A stretch of 64,000 nt of DNA from Psammoneis japonica (taxonomy: Eukaryota), in contig QPGO01000035.1 in the NCBI GenBank assembly GCA_008632985.1, positions 173,899 to 237,898 on the forward strand, given 5' to 3'. The first letter of the stretch is position 1. The number at the start of each line of letters is the position of its first letter. The translations under genes were made by a program, and so were the position numbers. Below the pieces are notes generated by a model. The model was not told the origin of the DNA. It did not search any database and worked only from the letters and a program-made list of their open reading frames with translations. This document shows, in pieces, positions 1-13,361 of the stretch.

Positions 1-273
1 CCTTTTCGGGTGCGCAGCCACCGGATATTATTGCGGAGCAACTCGAAGCAGCGGCGGAAGCATAGGTATTGGCGTTGAGATTGTGGGGCTCGTTTCGAGC
101 GCAAGAACACGAGAATGACCATTGGTACATGAAAGATACAATTCTAGGAATGAGTACGTCATGGCCAGTGTGATGTGCGTGTTGTTGGCTTTTGGAGCAC
201 TCCTCAGACAGTTTCAAATAAAGGTTACATCCATACTGTACTGTAACTCTTGTAAATACATCTTCCCAACTCC

Positions 274-1362
274 TTAGCCTTTCTGCATGCGTTGCTCCAA
301 CAATGCTACAACTTCGTCTTTGTCATTGGTGCGTGCTGCATCTAACGGGGTCTGTCCAAAGTCATTCTCGGCCGTCAAGTCCAAATCGGGAAAGTTGTCA
401 AGCAGGTATTGAACCATCTCGATCTTGCCAGACCGGGCACAAAAATGCAGGGCTGTCATGCCTTGTCGCCCCTTGACGTTTGGAGACAGTCCGAGCCGCG
501 TAAAACAAAACTTGACAAAATCCAACTCGTTACGCCGTGCACCGTCCAATAAGAGTTGCTGCAAAGACGCATCCACCTGGGCGTCGCCCTTGATGAGCAA
601 GGTTGCGACTTGTTCCAGAAGTAAAATTTGATCTTGTTGCTTTTTCTTGTACGCATTTCGTAGTACCACACAAATACTCTCCAAGGCTGTCTCATTGGTG
701 GTCTCAATATCGTCACGTACAGCCGGTATTGCATTTGGATCCGCGCCTCGCTCCATCAGCAGCTTTAGCATTTCTACCGTTTCATCTGCATTGGAGGGGA
801 GTTCGTGTTCATCTTGCAGGTGCTTTACCAAATCCTGAACAAGCTGCAGTAGACGCGTCAGCCCGCCATACCTAATGTCTGCATTGTCGTCTTTCAATAC
901 ACGCTTCAGTTCCTCCGCGGATTTCGCCTCAAACACGTCTGGCATGGTTGGTGTTAATAGCTCCATCAGGCAGTCATCTTGACAATAATCGAGAGGAATG
1001 CTTCCGTAAATATCTTGAATACTCGGATCTGCCCCGTTTTCGATTAGCACTTGACAACACTCTTTTCGTCGTTCGATTGGGCCACGAGTACGAGATTGAA
1101 CGGCGATGTGGAGGGGCGTTGCTCCCGTGACCTTGTTGGGTGCATTTACATTTGCTCCCAATTCCACCAGCGCACGGACAGATTCTAGGTTTCCCCACAG
1201 TGCCGCAATGTGCAAGGCGCTTTGATTGACGACATTGGCATGATCGGGCGACACACCCTGTTCTACTACCAGCCGTCTGATTTCATTGGGTAGATTCTTT
1301 TGACTTGCAGACAGAATGAGATCCCATTCCGGAGGAGGCGGTTGTTCCGAAGATGCTTGCAT
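274..1362 (-). CDS. Ankyrin-repeat protein
   Basis: 362-aa ORF with ankyrin consensus repeats (SALHIAALWG..VRALVELGANVN, TPLHIA, GMTALHFCARSG, GQTPLDAA). Confidence 0.9.
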   Translation of the reverse strand: MQASSEQPPPPEWDLILSASQKNLPNEIRRLVVEQGVSPDHANVVNQSALHIAALWGNLESVRALVELGANVNAPNKVTGATPLHIAVQSRTRGPIERRKECCQVLIENGADPSIQDIYGSIPLDYCQDDCLMELLTPTMPDVFEAKSAEELKRVLKDDNADIRYGGLTRLLQLVQDLVKHLQDEHELPSNADETVEMLKLLMERGADPNAIPAVRDDIETTNETALESICVVLRNAYKKKQQDQILLLEQVATLLIKGDAQVDASLQQLLLDGARRNELDFVKFCFTRLGLSPNVKGRQGMTALHFCARSGKIEMVQYLLDNFPDLDLTAENDFGQTPLDAARTNDKDEVVALLEQRMQKG

Positions 1363-1450
1363 TTTGCATAAACGAACAAAATGACGTTGATTTCGTTCTG
1401 AATACAGGAGATAAGAAAGAAGAGATGCGGCTCAACGACAAAACAGCATC

Positions 1451-1479
1451 AGCAACGAGCAACGAGCAACGAGCAACGA
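1451..1479 (+). repeat. Heptamer microsatellite (AGCAACG) x4 upstream of the ankyrin gene
   Basis: agcaacgagcaacgagcaacgagcaacga read directly. Confidence 0.8.
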
Positions 1480-1599
1480 ACGTTGTGTTGTGGGTCGTAA
1501 CGTTGTTGTGTGGGTTGTTGGTGCCGGGCAGATTTTGGATCCTGGATCTTTCGGTCGCGCGGTGAGAGATGGGAAGACATTGATGATGACTAACTCCCA

Positions 1600-4500
1600 A
1601 CTGCCCAACTCCCAACTCTACCATTGCCATTTCTCGTGGCTCGTGGAGATCTTGGGCGAACCTCTGCTGATAGTCTATGATACAATCACGATGAGGGATG
1701 ATGACCTGGAGGAATTTGTCAGGCAAGTGCAGCTCCCAATCAGCGAGCAGGTCGAAATGCATCGAGATTTTGCGGTGGAACAAGCAGAACATTTTTGGCC
1801 CATGCAAGACAATCGCCTGAAATGTTTCTTTGACACGCACAAGGAAGAATCATCCAAGTTCCCTGCTGGTGATGTTGGATGAGGTCATGCTGGTCATGTT
1901 GTGAAAATGGCTTTGCATTGCCGACCCCCTCTGTTCCAACAAGACAAAGAGTTGGTGGTGTGATGAAGTCCTCTCGAAAGAGAAACTTGATTGGCCTTGA
2001 GATGTTGCTCGGAAGAGTGTGAAGAAAACTTGAAAATCTTCTGTTCAAAGACATGCTGGAAGGACACCCTTTTTGCAAAGGGGATGCAGCAGAATTTTCT
2101 GGGCTCAAAGCGGCGCAGTTCAATGACAGCCCTCACAGTCCAGCAAGGGGTTTTGACCCAAATGCAGAAGGAAGGATCCGTTTCCAACTGTCGCCAGATC
2201 CTTGTGATCAAAAGAGCTTCAAACAAGAAAATCCAACTTGTTTTGGAGAAGCTTTGATGGAAAACTCAGCCCTTCACTCCACAAGGGAGGATGGGACACA
2301 TCCAGAGTGGAGGGGAAAAATGATTGTCAAAGTTGGATGAGAGTCAATGGCTTTTGCACACTGCAAGGTGCCGTGTACAGCAAGTGGCAGAGTTGCACTT
2401 AGAGAATCACCAAGAACAACTGTTGCCAACACAGCTCTGCAGGCAAGCTCCCAGGCACCAGCCAAGAGATCTGCAATCTAAAAAAAGGGCATTGCAGTCA
2501 CCCTGGTCATGATGCTTCGTTGAGTTGTGGGCTTCCTCAAAGGCCACTCATGTGTCTTGCAACATTGTGGTCCACAGAAGTTTGTCCTGCACCATGAAGC
2601 ATTGGCAGTTGGCAAATCTTCTGGCAAATTCTTGGCACATTTTGCCTTGTCATTCATGAGTTTAAAGGTGTCAGAATCACTGACCTGAGACATTCTAACA
2701 AAGAATGTTTTTTTCGTGTTCTTGCTCCAGAGATGTCATCAAGAAGCTCTTGGGTTTTTGTGATGTCAACAACAACAATCAGCTCTTGGTTGTCTCTTGT
2801 GTCCATGTCCTCAAACAAGCTTCAATGTTGCCAAAGCAGATCACAATTTCCAACCTGCAAGCTGCCCAGGTTGCTTTGTCTGTCCCGTCTGATTTGTGAA
2901 TGTGTGTTGCATGGCTGGGGTGCATGGCTGGCCAGCGCAACATGTGAGGTCATGCCAGAAGAGCATTGGAGAATGTGGCCATGTCACTTTGATGCCCAAC
3001 GCCATCTTCCTAAAACCAAAAATCATGCCACAAGCACGTGATGGTCTGTTCTGTCAGTCTTGGCACACCTGCCAAGCTCCTGGGCCTTTGGCACCATCTT
3101 TTCACAGATTGTGGTGCCCTCATCCTCCTCTGCCGATGCTTGCTTTTTTGCACTGTGTTTCTTCTGTCTTTCATTGGAGAGAGACAAGATGATGATGCAG
3201 AGCTCCATGTGCATCAGCAGGGGTGGAGATTGATGCAGCCAGAGCTCTTTTTTTGGTGGCTGGGGCAAAAACTCTCTGTGTGCACCATGTCCCACAACAG
3301 AGCCATGGCACAGCCCTGCCATGGTGGCTTGTGCCTCAATGACTCCCTCTGCACCACTTTGTGAGGCATGGCTGTTGTTTCATTTTCCAGAAATCAAAAA
3401 GTCATTTGATGTGCAATGTGCTGTGCACTCTTGTCCTGTGCCAACTGGCAGCCCTTGGAGAGGATGTGCCACAAAAAGCAACAGAAGTGCATCAAGGCAT
3501 TGCAGGCCATCACACATCCATGCTGGTGACAACAAAGCCAGTTGATTGTGAGAGTGACACCTTGTTGAGAAATGCCTTTGCTCTCTGGGCAAGCACTCGG
3601 CCTCCCCACAAGGGGTCACGTGCAACAGTGAGCAAGCTCAAGAGAGATTTCTGGCACCTCTTTTGAGAGAAGCTAGCATGTTTGCCCAAGCCAGCAGCCC
3701 AAACTGTGACATGCTTGGCTCTGCATCTTTGAGTGGAGATGCTGCTGTTCACAATGGATGGCACATCTGTTGAGACATGGTGCCCATTTTTGCCTGCATG
3801 CAAACACAAAAATTTGTGCTGCCAGCAGCCCCAGCACAGCGTCAGTCAAAAATGTGCGAAGAGGAGAGGGTGCTGCTGAGAGGCGTGTGTGCATGAGAAG
3901 GTGGCATTGTGGACAATTTGTGTGCACCCGCCAGCAGCAGAACCCAGTTGGAACAATGCTGAGTGCAGCATGAGGTGCCTGCTGGGCAGGTTGTGTGTTG
4001 ACACATGGCACGCGAGGACCCACACACTGAGGAGCAGCCAGAGATCCTCAGGGGGGGTCATTGTGGGTGGAAATCTGCTGGGGAGCTGATCTTCTTCGAT
4101 CAAACTTGCGAAGTCCCCCCTTGTTGAGTGTTCTTGTGGTGGGCCTTTGCCCTGGAGATTGTCATGCAGCCAAGGTGCTTGGTGCCCAAGTCATCGAAAA
4201 GCCGCCTCTCTCCCCTCATCACACTCGCTTGCGTGGAGCTTTGTTGAAGAGATTGTTGGTTTGGTGGTCAAAAAGCTTTCTCAGTGCACTTTGCAAGGGT
4301 GTCAGTTTGTTTGCCTGAAATTGCAGCTGGCCACATCCCAGAAAATTGCCCCCCTGCAATCACACGTGGGGTGGCTGTGGCCATTTGTTCAGGTTGGCAC
4401 GCAGAGGATTTGCGCTCGGGAAGCAATGCTCGAGGCTCTTGTTTGGGTGGGAGCTGCTGCACCAAGCACCAACACACATGGCTCTGGTGGATAAAGCAGC

Positions 4501-4660
4501 AGGCAGCAGGGGGGATGATGATGTCAAAAGAAATCATTTGCAAGGATGATGCAGTTGTTGTGGTCATCAGCTTTGGTCGCATTTGAAAAGCTCAGTGAAG
4601 GCTCATAACCTTTTGGTGAGTTGACAACACGGCGCATCGCGCAAGAATTCTGACACCAGC
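1600..4660. mobile_element. TpA-depleted degenerate repeat/TE relic, family not identified
   Basis: TA almost absent from ~1900-4600; six-frame ORFs are Cys/His-rich and nearly Tyr-free, the same signature as the identifiable TEs at 34-42 kb. Boundaries approximate. Confidence 0.55.
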
Positions 4661-4943
4661 CTCTTTATGTCTAGAGTAGAGCCTAGCTAGCTAGTAGCTA
4701 GTAGCCTGCGCAACGAGAACGCCGTCTGATCGCTGGTCGTGTGGATGGTGGCGGTTCAGTCATGGATTGTGATCCCACTCGGCGATTTCGTGTCATGTTG
4801 TCACAAGCGTGCTCATCTCACCACGAGACATCATCCTGGATCCGAACACACATGTCAACGATCCCGGCTTCTCACAAAAAAAACAAGTCAGCTCGTCACA
4901 ATCACACTCGTCAAAGAATCAATCCCAACAAGTAGGAATCAAC

Positions 4944-5387
4944 ATGCTCGTCCGCGACTTTATGGTAAAAAAGGAAGGTGTCGTCACGTGCACCAACACG
5001 GAAACGATTACCGAGGTCATTGAGACTCTCATGAAGCACAATATTTCAGCCTTGCTCGTTTTGGATCTCGAAGGAAAGCCCGAGGGTATCGTGACGAACA
5101 CGGATCTCATCAAGGCCTATCACGACAAGGTCGATCTCGACAAGAAGGTGACGGAAATCATGTCCAAGGACCTTCACCCCGTCCGGGACACCATGACGCG
5201 TGATGACGCTGCCAAGAGCTTTGAGGCCCATCATACTCATCATGCACTCGTGGTGGACAAGGACGACCAGTTTGTGGGATTCATTTCCAGCTTTGACATT
5301 GCGTCCGAAGTGGCCAAGGATTCTCGTGCCTGGCCGTGGAATCGGACCGCCAATGGCAAAATGTGGAATCCCATGGCGGCCCATTAG
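4944..5387 (+). CDS. CBS-domain pair protein (147 aa)
   Basis: MLVRDFMV...LMKHNISALLV...GIVTNTDL and VTEIMS...ALVVD..FVGFISSFDI are two CBS motifs; first ATG at 4944. Confidence 0.9.
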   Translation: MLVRDFMVKKEGVVTCTNTETITEVIETLMKHNISALLVLDLEGKPEGIVTNTDLIKAYHDKVDLDKKVTEIMSKDLHPVRDTMTRDDAAKSFEAHHTHHALVVDKDDQFVGFISSFDIASEVAKDSRAWPWNRTANGKMWNPMAAH

Positions 5388-6984
5388 CGATGACGCCGCT
5401 GGAGGTGTAGTTGAACGAGAGAGAGATCTGCATCCGTATACACATTTACTTTCATGTTTCATATTCAGGCTACGAATAGATAGGATTAGAACCGCTACAT
5501 ACTTAAATATCGTTTAATCTAGAGATAACAATTCGTACTCTAGGTCTGTTTGGTGTATATTCCATGTGGACGAATCCTAATGATTGCCTCAAAGATCCAA
5601 AAACACCGTCGCTCTCGGCACGACTGGACTGTCTCAGAAAGATTTTTGTTTGAAGAAGGCAACAAACGGTATCGCACGCGTACGAAGCCGTTGTTCCAGC
5701 CATACCAATCACTGCACTGCCGCCCTCGCGTTCTCGAGCTGCTCTTGTCAGGTCGAAAAAAGACGCATAGTGTATGACGACATGGGTTTCTGGGTTTCCT
5801 TAAAACTAGGCCTACTAGAGAAAAAAAGCGCGTGACAGTGGGAGGTTCATAAGACATGAAGAAGAGCAAGAAGAAACCAATTATTGTCGCAGTGTGTCTG
5901 TTGGATACCAGTCGCAGTCACCGTATCGAGCTGGTAAAAACTGTAACCATATCACTTTTGCATAGAGGGAGGATTCTTTCTATCGCTGTAGAATAAAGCT
6001 CATGCTGACGGATCGTATTCCCTTGACCGGCTTTCACGTCAAGGAGAGCACGCATCACAGTCAAGCCCTTCAATTTCTCCTCATCAACACATTACACTCA
6101 CGAGTGGAACTCTCAAGCAGCAGAAAAAAAAACGGGGGAAAGCAACATGAAGTCATTTTTTCGTCTAGTGTACAATGAAACATGTCGTAATTACTCCAGA
6201 GGCAAGACAAAAGGAGAAAGCGGTCGTCTTTGTGTGCGCAAGATTAGCATTCAACGAGGGAGACACACCAGATCTCCCTCTCTCGCTCTCGGAGTCTCGG
6301 AGAGAAACACAAGGATTTGATTCCCCCCCTCTCACTACAATGCCGTTGCTGTGCTTTGGATTCGGTCGCTCATTGGCAGCCAGTGATTGTTTAGTACCGC
6401 GCACATACGAGTACACAAGAAAGTTCAGGCACACATGAGAGTGAGAGCAAAACTTGTTTTGCGTCGTCAGCATCAAAAACAAAAGCGACCATGATGAGCA
6501 TCTCTGCTTTCGTTTTCACGATTCTTTTTGCACACAAGATGGAATCTTAAGGGGACACATCCAACGTGTCTCTCTATGACAGTGCCACAGCTCCGCTGCT
6601 GAGCCCGTCAATCAACAGTGTGTCGCAGTCATTGTCCTCTAGCTAGTTAGCTAGAGGTGCGGTGAAAAGTGAAATGAAAAAAATGAACCGCACGACACGA
6701 ACAACGAAATGAAAATCCGGGTGTCTCTATTTTTTGAGGAATTCGGAATTCTGCCATTTTTGATTTTTCAAACGAACTGACGACCGCACGTCCACGCACG
6801 TCTGCTTTTTTTCGAAAAAACAAAAAACGAAAAAATCCACACAACACAACCGGATCCGACAACAAACTGAAAGCGGAGGCGAGAAGTCCTGTGTTATTGT
6901 TTGTAGCTGTTGTTGCTTGCATCATCATCATTCGTTAAAAGGTACAAACAGTTGCTTCTGCTGCGCCTAGAAATAACAGCAAGT

Positions 6985-9611
6985 ATGACTGCTGATTTGG
7001 AAAAACTCAAGGCCAGCGTGGAGGATCACGCGGCAGCCGTCAAGAAACTCAAGGATGAGGGTGCCGAAAAAGAAGCCATTGGACAAGCCGTTCAGAAATT
7101 GTTGGAGGCAAAAAAGGCATATGCCGAACAAAATAACGGAATTGGAGTCGACGGCAAGCCCTACGAAGAGCCCCTCACCAAGGCACAGAAAAAAGCAAAA
7201 AACAAGGCGGAAAAGGGCAGTGGTCCAGCCAAACCGCAAGCCAATCCCAATTCCAAGGGTGCGGCAAAAAAAGCTGCAAAAAAGGCAGCCAAGAAACAAG
7301 CCAAAGAGGCACATAAAGAAGCTGGTGGAAAAGTAGCAAGTGCAGGAGGCGCTGCTACGACACAGCCACCACGCCGTACGGCTGCTGCTACTGCTCCTCC
7401 AATGCATACCAAGACCAAGTCGTTACAGCCCCTCCAAGTTGCCATGAATCCCAATGTGCCCCTGTCGCAACGTCCCGTGGTGGCTCTGACGGCAGCCATT
7501 TGTACCAATACCATTTTGGACTTGTCTCTGACGAGTGATCATCGTTTGCATCAAGCCAGCATGGGTCTTCCAGAGGGTAAAGTCGTGGTGGGTGATTTAT
7601 CCATGGCTCGCTATGTTGTGCGTCGTTCCAACAATACCAAGCTTTTGGGTGGAACCTGTCCCGAGACTCTAGCACTTGTGGATGCCTGGGTGGATTATGC
7701 ATCGTCTCTGTCTAGTATTCAAGACAAAGCGCAACGCATCAAGGCTGTCTCCATGACTCTAGAGCATTCCTTACAGGAACGCACCTACTTGGTGGGATCC
7801 GCGCTTACCTTGGCGGATCTCGCACTCTTTGCAGCCATTGGATTTCCGTCTCAATCCAATGATTTGGCCGCGGTTCTCGACCTCTCCAGCGATACAGCCA
7901 AGCGCTGGATCAAAATGATGGCGTGTCTCCCCGCCATTCGTCAAGCGACGCAATTGGCCGTGGGCATTGCCAACAACACCGAGGCTGTCTTTGACGGCGT
8001 GACGCTCGAACCATTGGCAGAGGCATGAATTTGCTGGAGGGCGCCACACCGGGCAATGTGGTGACGCGCTTTCCTCCGGAACCATCCGGTTATCTTCATA
8101 TTGGCCACGCCAAGGCGTGTCTATTGAACGACTATTATGCTCGACGCTACAAGGGACGACTCTTGGTGAGATTTGATGACACGAATCCGTCCAAGGAAAA
8201 GGAAGAATTTCAACAAGCCATTTTGGAAGATTTGGGCAAACTCGGTGTCAAGCCCGATTTGGTGTCGTACACGTCGGATTACTTTGAAACCATTCGTGGA
8301 TACGCCGTGTACCTGATCCAGCATGGCTTGGCCTACATGGATGACACGCCCCAAGACCAAATGAAGGAGGAACGGCTCAACAAGGTGGAATCCAAATACC
8401 GCAACAGTCAAACTCCAGAGGAATGTCTTGCGTTGTTTCACAAAATGTGCAAGGCTACCGAGAAGGATTCCGACAAGTGGTGTTTGCGTGCCAAGATTGA
8501 TATGCAATCCGTCAATGGGACCATGCGTGATCCCGTCTTGTATCGTCAAAATACAACACCCCATCATCGGTCGGGAACCACCTACAAGGCATATCCAACG
8601 TACGATTTGGCCTGTCCCATTGTCGACTCGATTGAAGGAGTGACGCATGCATTGCGCACAACGGAATACAACGATCGGGATGAACAATACCAATGGATCC
8701 AATCGGCACTTTCGTTGAGACGTGTTCGTATTCACGCCTTTGCACGCATGAATTTCATGTACACGGAATTGTCCAAACGCAAACTCACGTGGTTTGTCGA
8801 GAATGGACACGTGACGGGATGGGACGATCCCCGCTTTCCCACGGTCCGCGGTGTGGTGCGTCGGGGCATTTCCATTGCGTCGCTTCGCAACTACATGTAT
8901 GCGCAGGGTGCATCGCGTCGTGTCGTCAACATGGAGTGGTCCAAATTTTGGGCGGAAAACAAAAATGAAATCGACAAGACGGCCAAGCGCTTCATGGCGA
9001 TTGACGGTGAGAATCATGTCGTCTTGACGGTTACCAATGCACCGGATGCCGCCGACAATGCATTGGTCGAGACGGATGTTCATCCGAAAAAGCCAGAAAT
9101 GGGCAAGCGTGTCGTGCGGATTGCCAAGCAAGTCTTGTTGGAAGCAGTTGACGCAGAGGGAATGGTGGTTGGAGAAGACATTGTCTTGGTGCGGTGGGGT
9201 GTTGTCAAGATTACAAAGGTGGATGATGATGGTGCTGTGGAAGGCACCTTTGTTCCAAACGGCGATTTCAAGGCTACCAAGAAAAAGTTGAGTTGGATTG
9301 CTGACGTTCCCAACCACAATACGCCGTGTGTCTTGACGGAGTTTGACAATTTGATTTCCAAGGAAAAGCTCGAAGAGGGCGACAACTTTCAAGATTACAT
9401 TAATCCACACACCATGGCGTCGTCCCATGCCATTGGTGATGCGGGGCTCAAGAATTTGCAACAAGATGAAATTATTCAGCTGGAGCGTCGTGGTTATTAC
9501 CGTGTGGATCGTCCTTATATCAGCAAGGACAAACCACTTGTACTCTTCATGGTCCCGGACGGCAAGTCCAAGGCCATGTCGGGATTGGCTGGGAAGCTTG
9601 CTCATCGTTGA
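6985..9611 (+). CDS. Cytosolic glutamyl-tRNA synthetase (N-terminal WHEP-like and GST-like domains, class I catalytic and anticodon-binding domains); apparent one-base frameshift near 8020
   Basis: VTRFPPEPSGYLHIGH (HIGH), RFDDTNP, YPTYD.ACP.VD, LSKRKL, GWDDPR, IQLERRGYYRVD in ORF 8025-9611; ORF 6985-8028 has a WHEP-like helix pair and a GST-C-like TYLVG..LTLADL. Confidence 0.92.
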
Positions 9612-9792
9612 GAGGTTTATTACAGTGTGAAGTTTGTCGTTTTTGTGTAGTGGAGGTACTTTTGTAACCCGAAGCAATACCTAAGTAGAGGAAAGCAAGA
9701 GTCCGAAACGTCCGCTTTGGATCGCTTCTAAACATATTATAGTTGCATTACATGTTTAGTGTCAGTGCGGGTACGTGCTTCCTTTCTTTATT

Positions 9793-12700
9793 TTAATTGT
9801 AACCAACAACCGTACCAAAGTCACAGCGTGGCTGAAATTCATTTTGCACCACGCGAACGCCCTCTAGAGCTTCATAATCGCAAACAAATGTAACAGTGTT
9901 TTCCTCGTCTTCCTGCGTATTGGGTCGCACCATGCCGCAAGGATACGGAGGTGGATTTGTCAAGTCAATCGAGTAGCCATCTGTTCTGCCCTGATTGACG
10001 CAAGCAAAGACAGATTGCAGGATGGGCGCCTTGGAACTTCCGGCCCCACAAAAAATCACATGGCGAGTCTTGGTATTGAGAAACGGTAGTGTCAGAGTAA
10101 TTCTTTTCGGCGGTGGTTTCGGTGAGTCCTCGATGGGTGCTACCCATTTTGTATCTTCTTTCAAAAGGTCGTGATCAGGAAAGAGAGAGCAAGTGTGTCC
10201 ATCCGGTCCAAATCCAAGAACTGCTAAATCAAGACAGCCGCCAGATTTGGCAACAACAGTCTTTACACATGCTTCATAATCCGTAGCAATGTCGAGAGGC
10301 GAAGACAAGCCAGGCGTGATACCAAATATTTGTGAAGGCGGCACTGCTGTAATTTTTGAAAAGAGGAGTTTCACCAGTGCGCCCATGTTGGAATCCTTGT
10401 CTGTCAGCGGGACGCATCGTTCATCTGCCAAAATTACAAACCATTTCTCAAAGTGCGGATCAACGCCTTTGGACTCGAACGCCTCTTTGATGGTGGCTAA
10501 AAAGCCGGGTAATGAACCCCCACTCAATGCAATCGTAAAAGCACCATGCTTTCCAATGGCAGCCTCGCAGTGATCAACAATCGCTTCATTCAAACAAGTG
10601 CCAATTGTATCTTTGGACTTTGCCGGAATCAATTCCGCAACATAAGGTCCGAATTCAAAAGGGTCAACAACTGGATGAGATGGCTCCCAAAATGCCTCGG
10701 TAGCAGGCGTCATTACTGCCTCTTCCTTGGTTTTGTCGGACGTGACCATCACGTTCACGCCCTCTAGAGCGGCAACATCACAAACGAACGTAACAGAGTT
10801 ATCGCCCGCAGTACGCTTGTCGGGACGCACCATAGCGCAGGGATAGGGTGGAGGATTGGTTAACAAAGCATGATAACTCCTGTCTGCATCTTTGCCGACA
10901 TGAGCAAAGACTTTTTGTAATATCGGAGCCTTGGAACTTCCTGCTCCACAAAATATCACGTGGCGCGTCATGGTATTCAAAACGGGAAGGGTCAAAGTGA
11001 TTCGCTGCGGGGGTGGCTTTGGCGAGTCTTCGATCGCAGCTACCCACTTTGTTTCTTCGATTAAAAGCTCATGGCCAGGAAAGAGAGAGCAGGTATGACC
11101 ATCGGGGCCAAAACCCAAGACAGCTAGATCCAATTGGCCACCGGACTTAACCATGACCATTCTCACGTAGGGCTCATAACTATCCGCAACGGCGGTAGCT
11201 GCATCCGAGGTTTCTCGCTGAAGCACTTCTTCGTCAATCCCATAAACTTGCTCAGCCGGTATTGCAACTTTACTCAGCAAATGCTTTCGGAGCGCACCCA
11301 AATTAGAGTCTTCGTGTGTGCTGGGGACGCAACGCTCGTCCGCAAGTATCACGAACCACTTGTCAAAGTTGGGAACGATTTCTTTCGCCGTGAAGGCATT
11401 TTCAATCGTTGACAGGAATGCGGGTAACGACCCGCCGCTCAAAGCAATCGTGAAACAACCACGCTCCTTAATGGCGACTGCGCTACGTTCCACAATCGCC
11501 TCGTTCAAAACAATGTCCATGTGCTTTTTCGATCTAACGGGAAGAAGCGTGACCTCATACGGCTCCATCTTGACTTGGTTGCCGACACTTGCTCCGGCGC
11601 TGGTCACTGGCGTCTCTGTTTCTGATGACACCTCAGGAGCCGCTGGCGGTATATGCTGGTTGAGGTCATGTTCCTTACACATAGTAGTAGAAGTGCTTTC
11701 TGTGGGAAGATCGTTTTTATCCGTGTCCATGACGGGGGCTTTCGCCAGCACGTTGACTCCGTCGAGCGCGTCCTCGTCGCACACAAAGGTGAGCGCACCG
11801 TCTTTACCGCTATCAGGTCGTACCATGCCACAAGGAAGCGTCGCAGGATCGCAAAGTGTAGCTTGTAAGGTATGATCTTTGTCCTTGACAACATGCGAAA
11901 AGGTGGACTGAAGTACGGGAGCTTTGGAGCTTCCTGCACCACAAAACACAACCTGGCGTGTCTTGGTATTCAAAAAGGGAAAAGTCAGAGTGATGCGTTT
12001 CGCTGGAGGTTTCGGCGAATCTTCAATGGATGCTACCCACTTTGCATTCTCCGCGAGCAACACGTGATTTGGAAAAAGCGAGCAGGTATGACCATCCGGT
12101 CCAAAGCCTAAAAGCGCCAAATCGAGTTGGTCACCCGATCTGGCAATGACGGTTCGAACCTTTTCCTCGTAATCAGTGGCAACAGCTGCAGTACTCTGTG
12201 TTGCGAGAATGCTTCATCGATACCCATTATTTGATCATCTGGAATGTCTGGAATCTTTGAAAAGAGGTGCTGTCGCAAGGCGCCCATGTTGGAATCCTCG
12301 TGTGTTGCAGGCACACAGCGCTCATCGGCCAAGATTACATGCCACTTTTCAAATTGAGGATCAATATCCAACGCCACAAATGCTTCTGGTAAAGACGATA
12401 GAAACGATGGGATTGAACCCCCCGACAGAGCAACGGTAAACACGTCACGCTCCTCGATCGCTTGAGCACATTTCTTTGCAATGACTTTATTCAATACCCT
12501 CGGCAAGGTCTTTTTCGATTCGCAAGATACGACCTTTGCAATCAGAGGCGGTCTGTTAGTCCAGTCCTTCATAGCGTCAGTATCAACGATATAAGTCAAA
12601 GAGTTGGCGCGGACCATCCCGCACGGAAATGGGGTTTTCTCGACCAATTCCACATTGTACACATTCTCCTCTTGTTGGTCCTTTGTCATGGATGAAAAGA

Positions 12701-13361
12701 GTCTTTCTAATATAGGACCCTTGGAACTTCCTGCGCCACAAAAGATTACATGCCTTGTTTTGCTATTGAGGAGCGGCAATGTCAGAGTAATACGTTTTGG
12801 TGGAGGCTTTGGTGAATCGTCAATGGATGCTACCCATTTCGTATCCTCCTTCAAAAGTTCATGCCCCGGAAAGAGAGAGCAGGTGTGTCCATCAGGTCCA
12901 AATCCTAGTACCGCCAAGTCCAACTCTCCACCAGATCGTGACAAGACCTCCCGAACCACAGGCTCGTATTGTTGCGCGACATTGGCTGCGACCATCGAGG
13001 TATTCTCTCGCACAAGAACTTCTTCATCAATTCCATAAACTTGTTCTGGAGGAATGGGTACGTTACTCAGCAAGTGTTTCCGGAGCGCACCCAAATTCGA
13101 GTCGTCGTGTGAACTGGGGACACAACGCTCATCGGCGAGAAGAACATGCCATTTCTGAAACCGCGGTTCTACATTGTGTTTCCAAAACACTCGAGGAAGC
13201 GTCGCGAGGAACGATGGAAGCGATCCCCCGGATAACGCAATTGTGAAGATTCCACGTTCGTCTATTGACTCTGCACAACACTCCACAATACGAGAATTCA
13301 ACAGCTCGGACACATGGGCCTTGGATGGTGCCTCAATCAACTTGGCTGATGGATACGGCAT
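9793..13361 (-). CDS. PGL: 6-phosphogluconolactonase with four tandem catalytic domains; apparent one-base frameshift near 12210
   Basis: Four copies each of ALSGGS, LADERCVP..DSN, LGFGPDGHTCSLFP and DSPKPPP.RITLT. Domain 2 continues across a frame change (GIDEA/ILATQSTAAVATDYEEKV...LDLALLGFGPDGH). Confidence 0.88.

Noticed and set aside
1700..4600. Dense overlapping Cys/His-rich ORFs in all six frames (also 13.8-15.7, 38.4-42.4, 46.6-48.1 and 62-64 kb) as novel small metal-binding proteins
   Set aside because: Loss of TpA removes TAA/TAG stops and turns Tyr into Cys/His, which inflates ORF number and Cys/His content; these are by-products.
8121..9677. 518-aa antisense ORF over GluRS, and long antisense ORFs at 52715-53692 and 29287-30087
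   Set aside because: Shadows of codon bias or repeats on the coding strand; no recognisable motifs.
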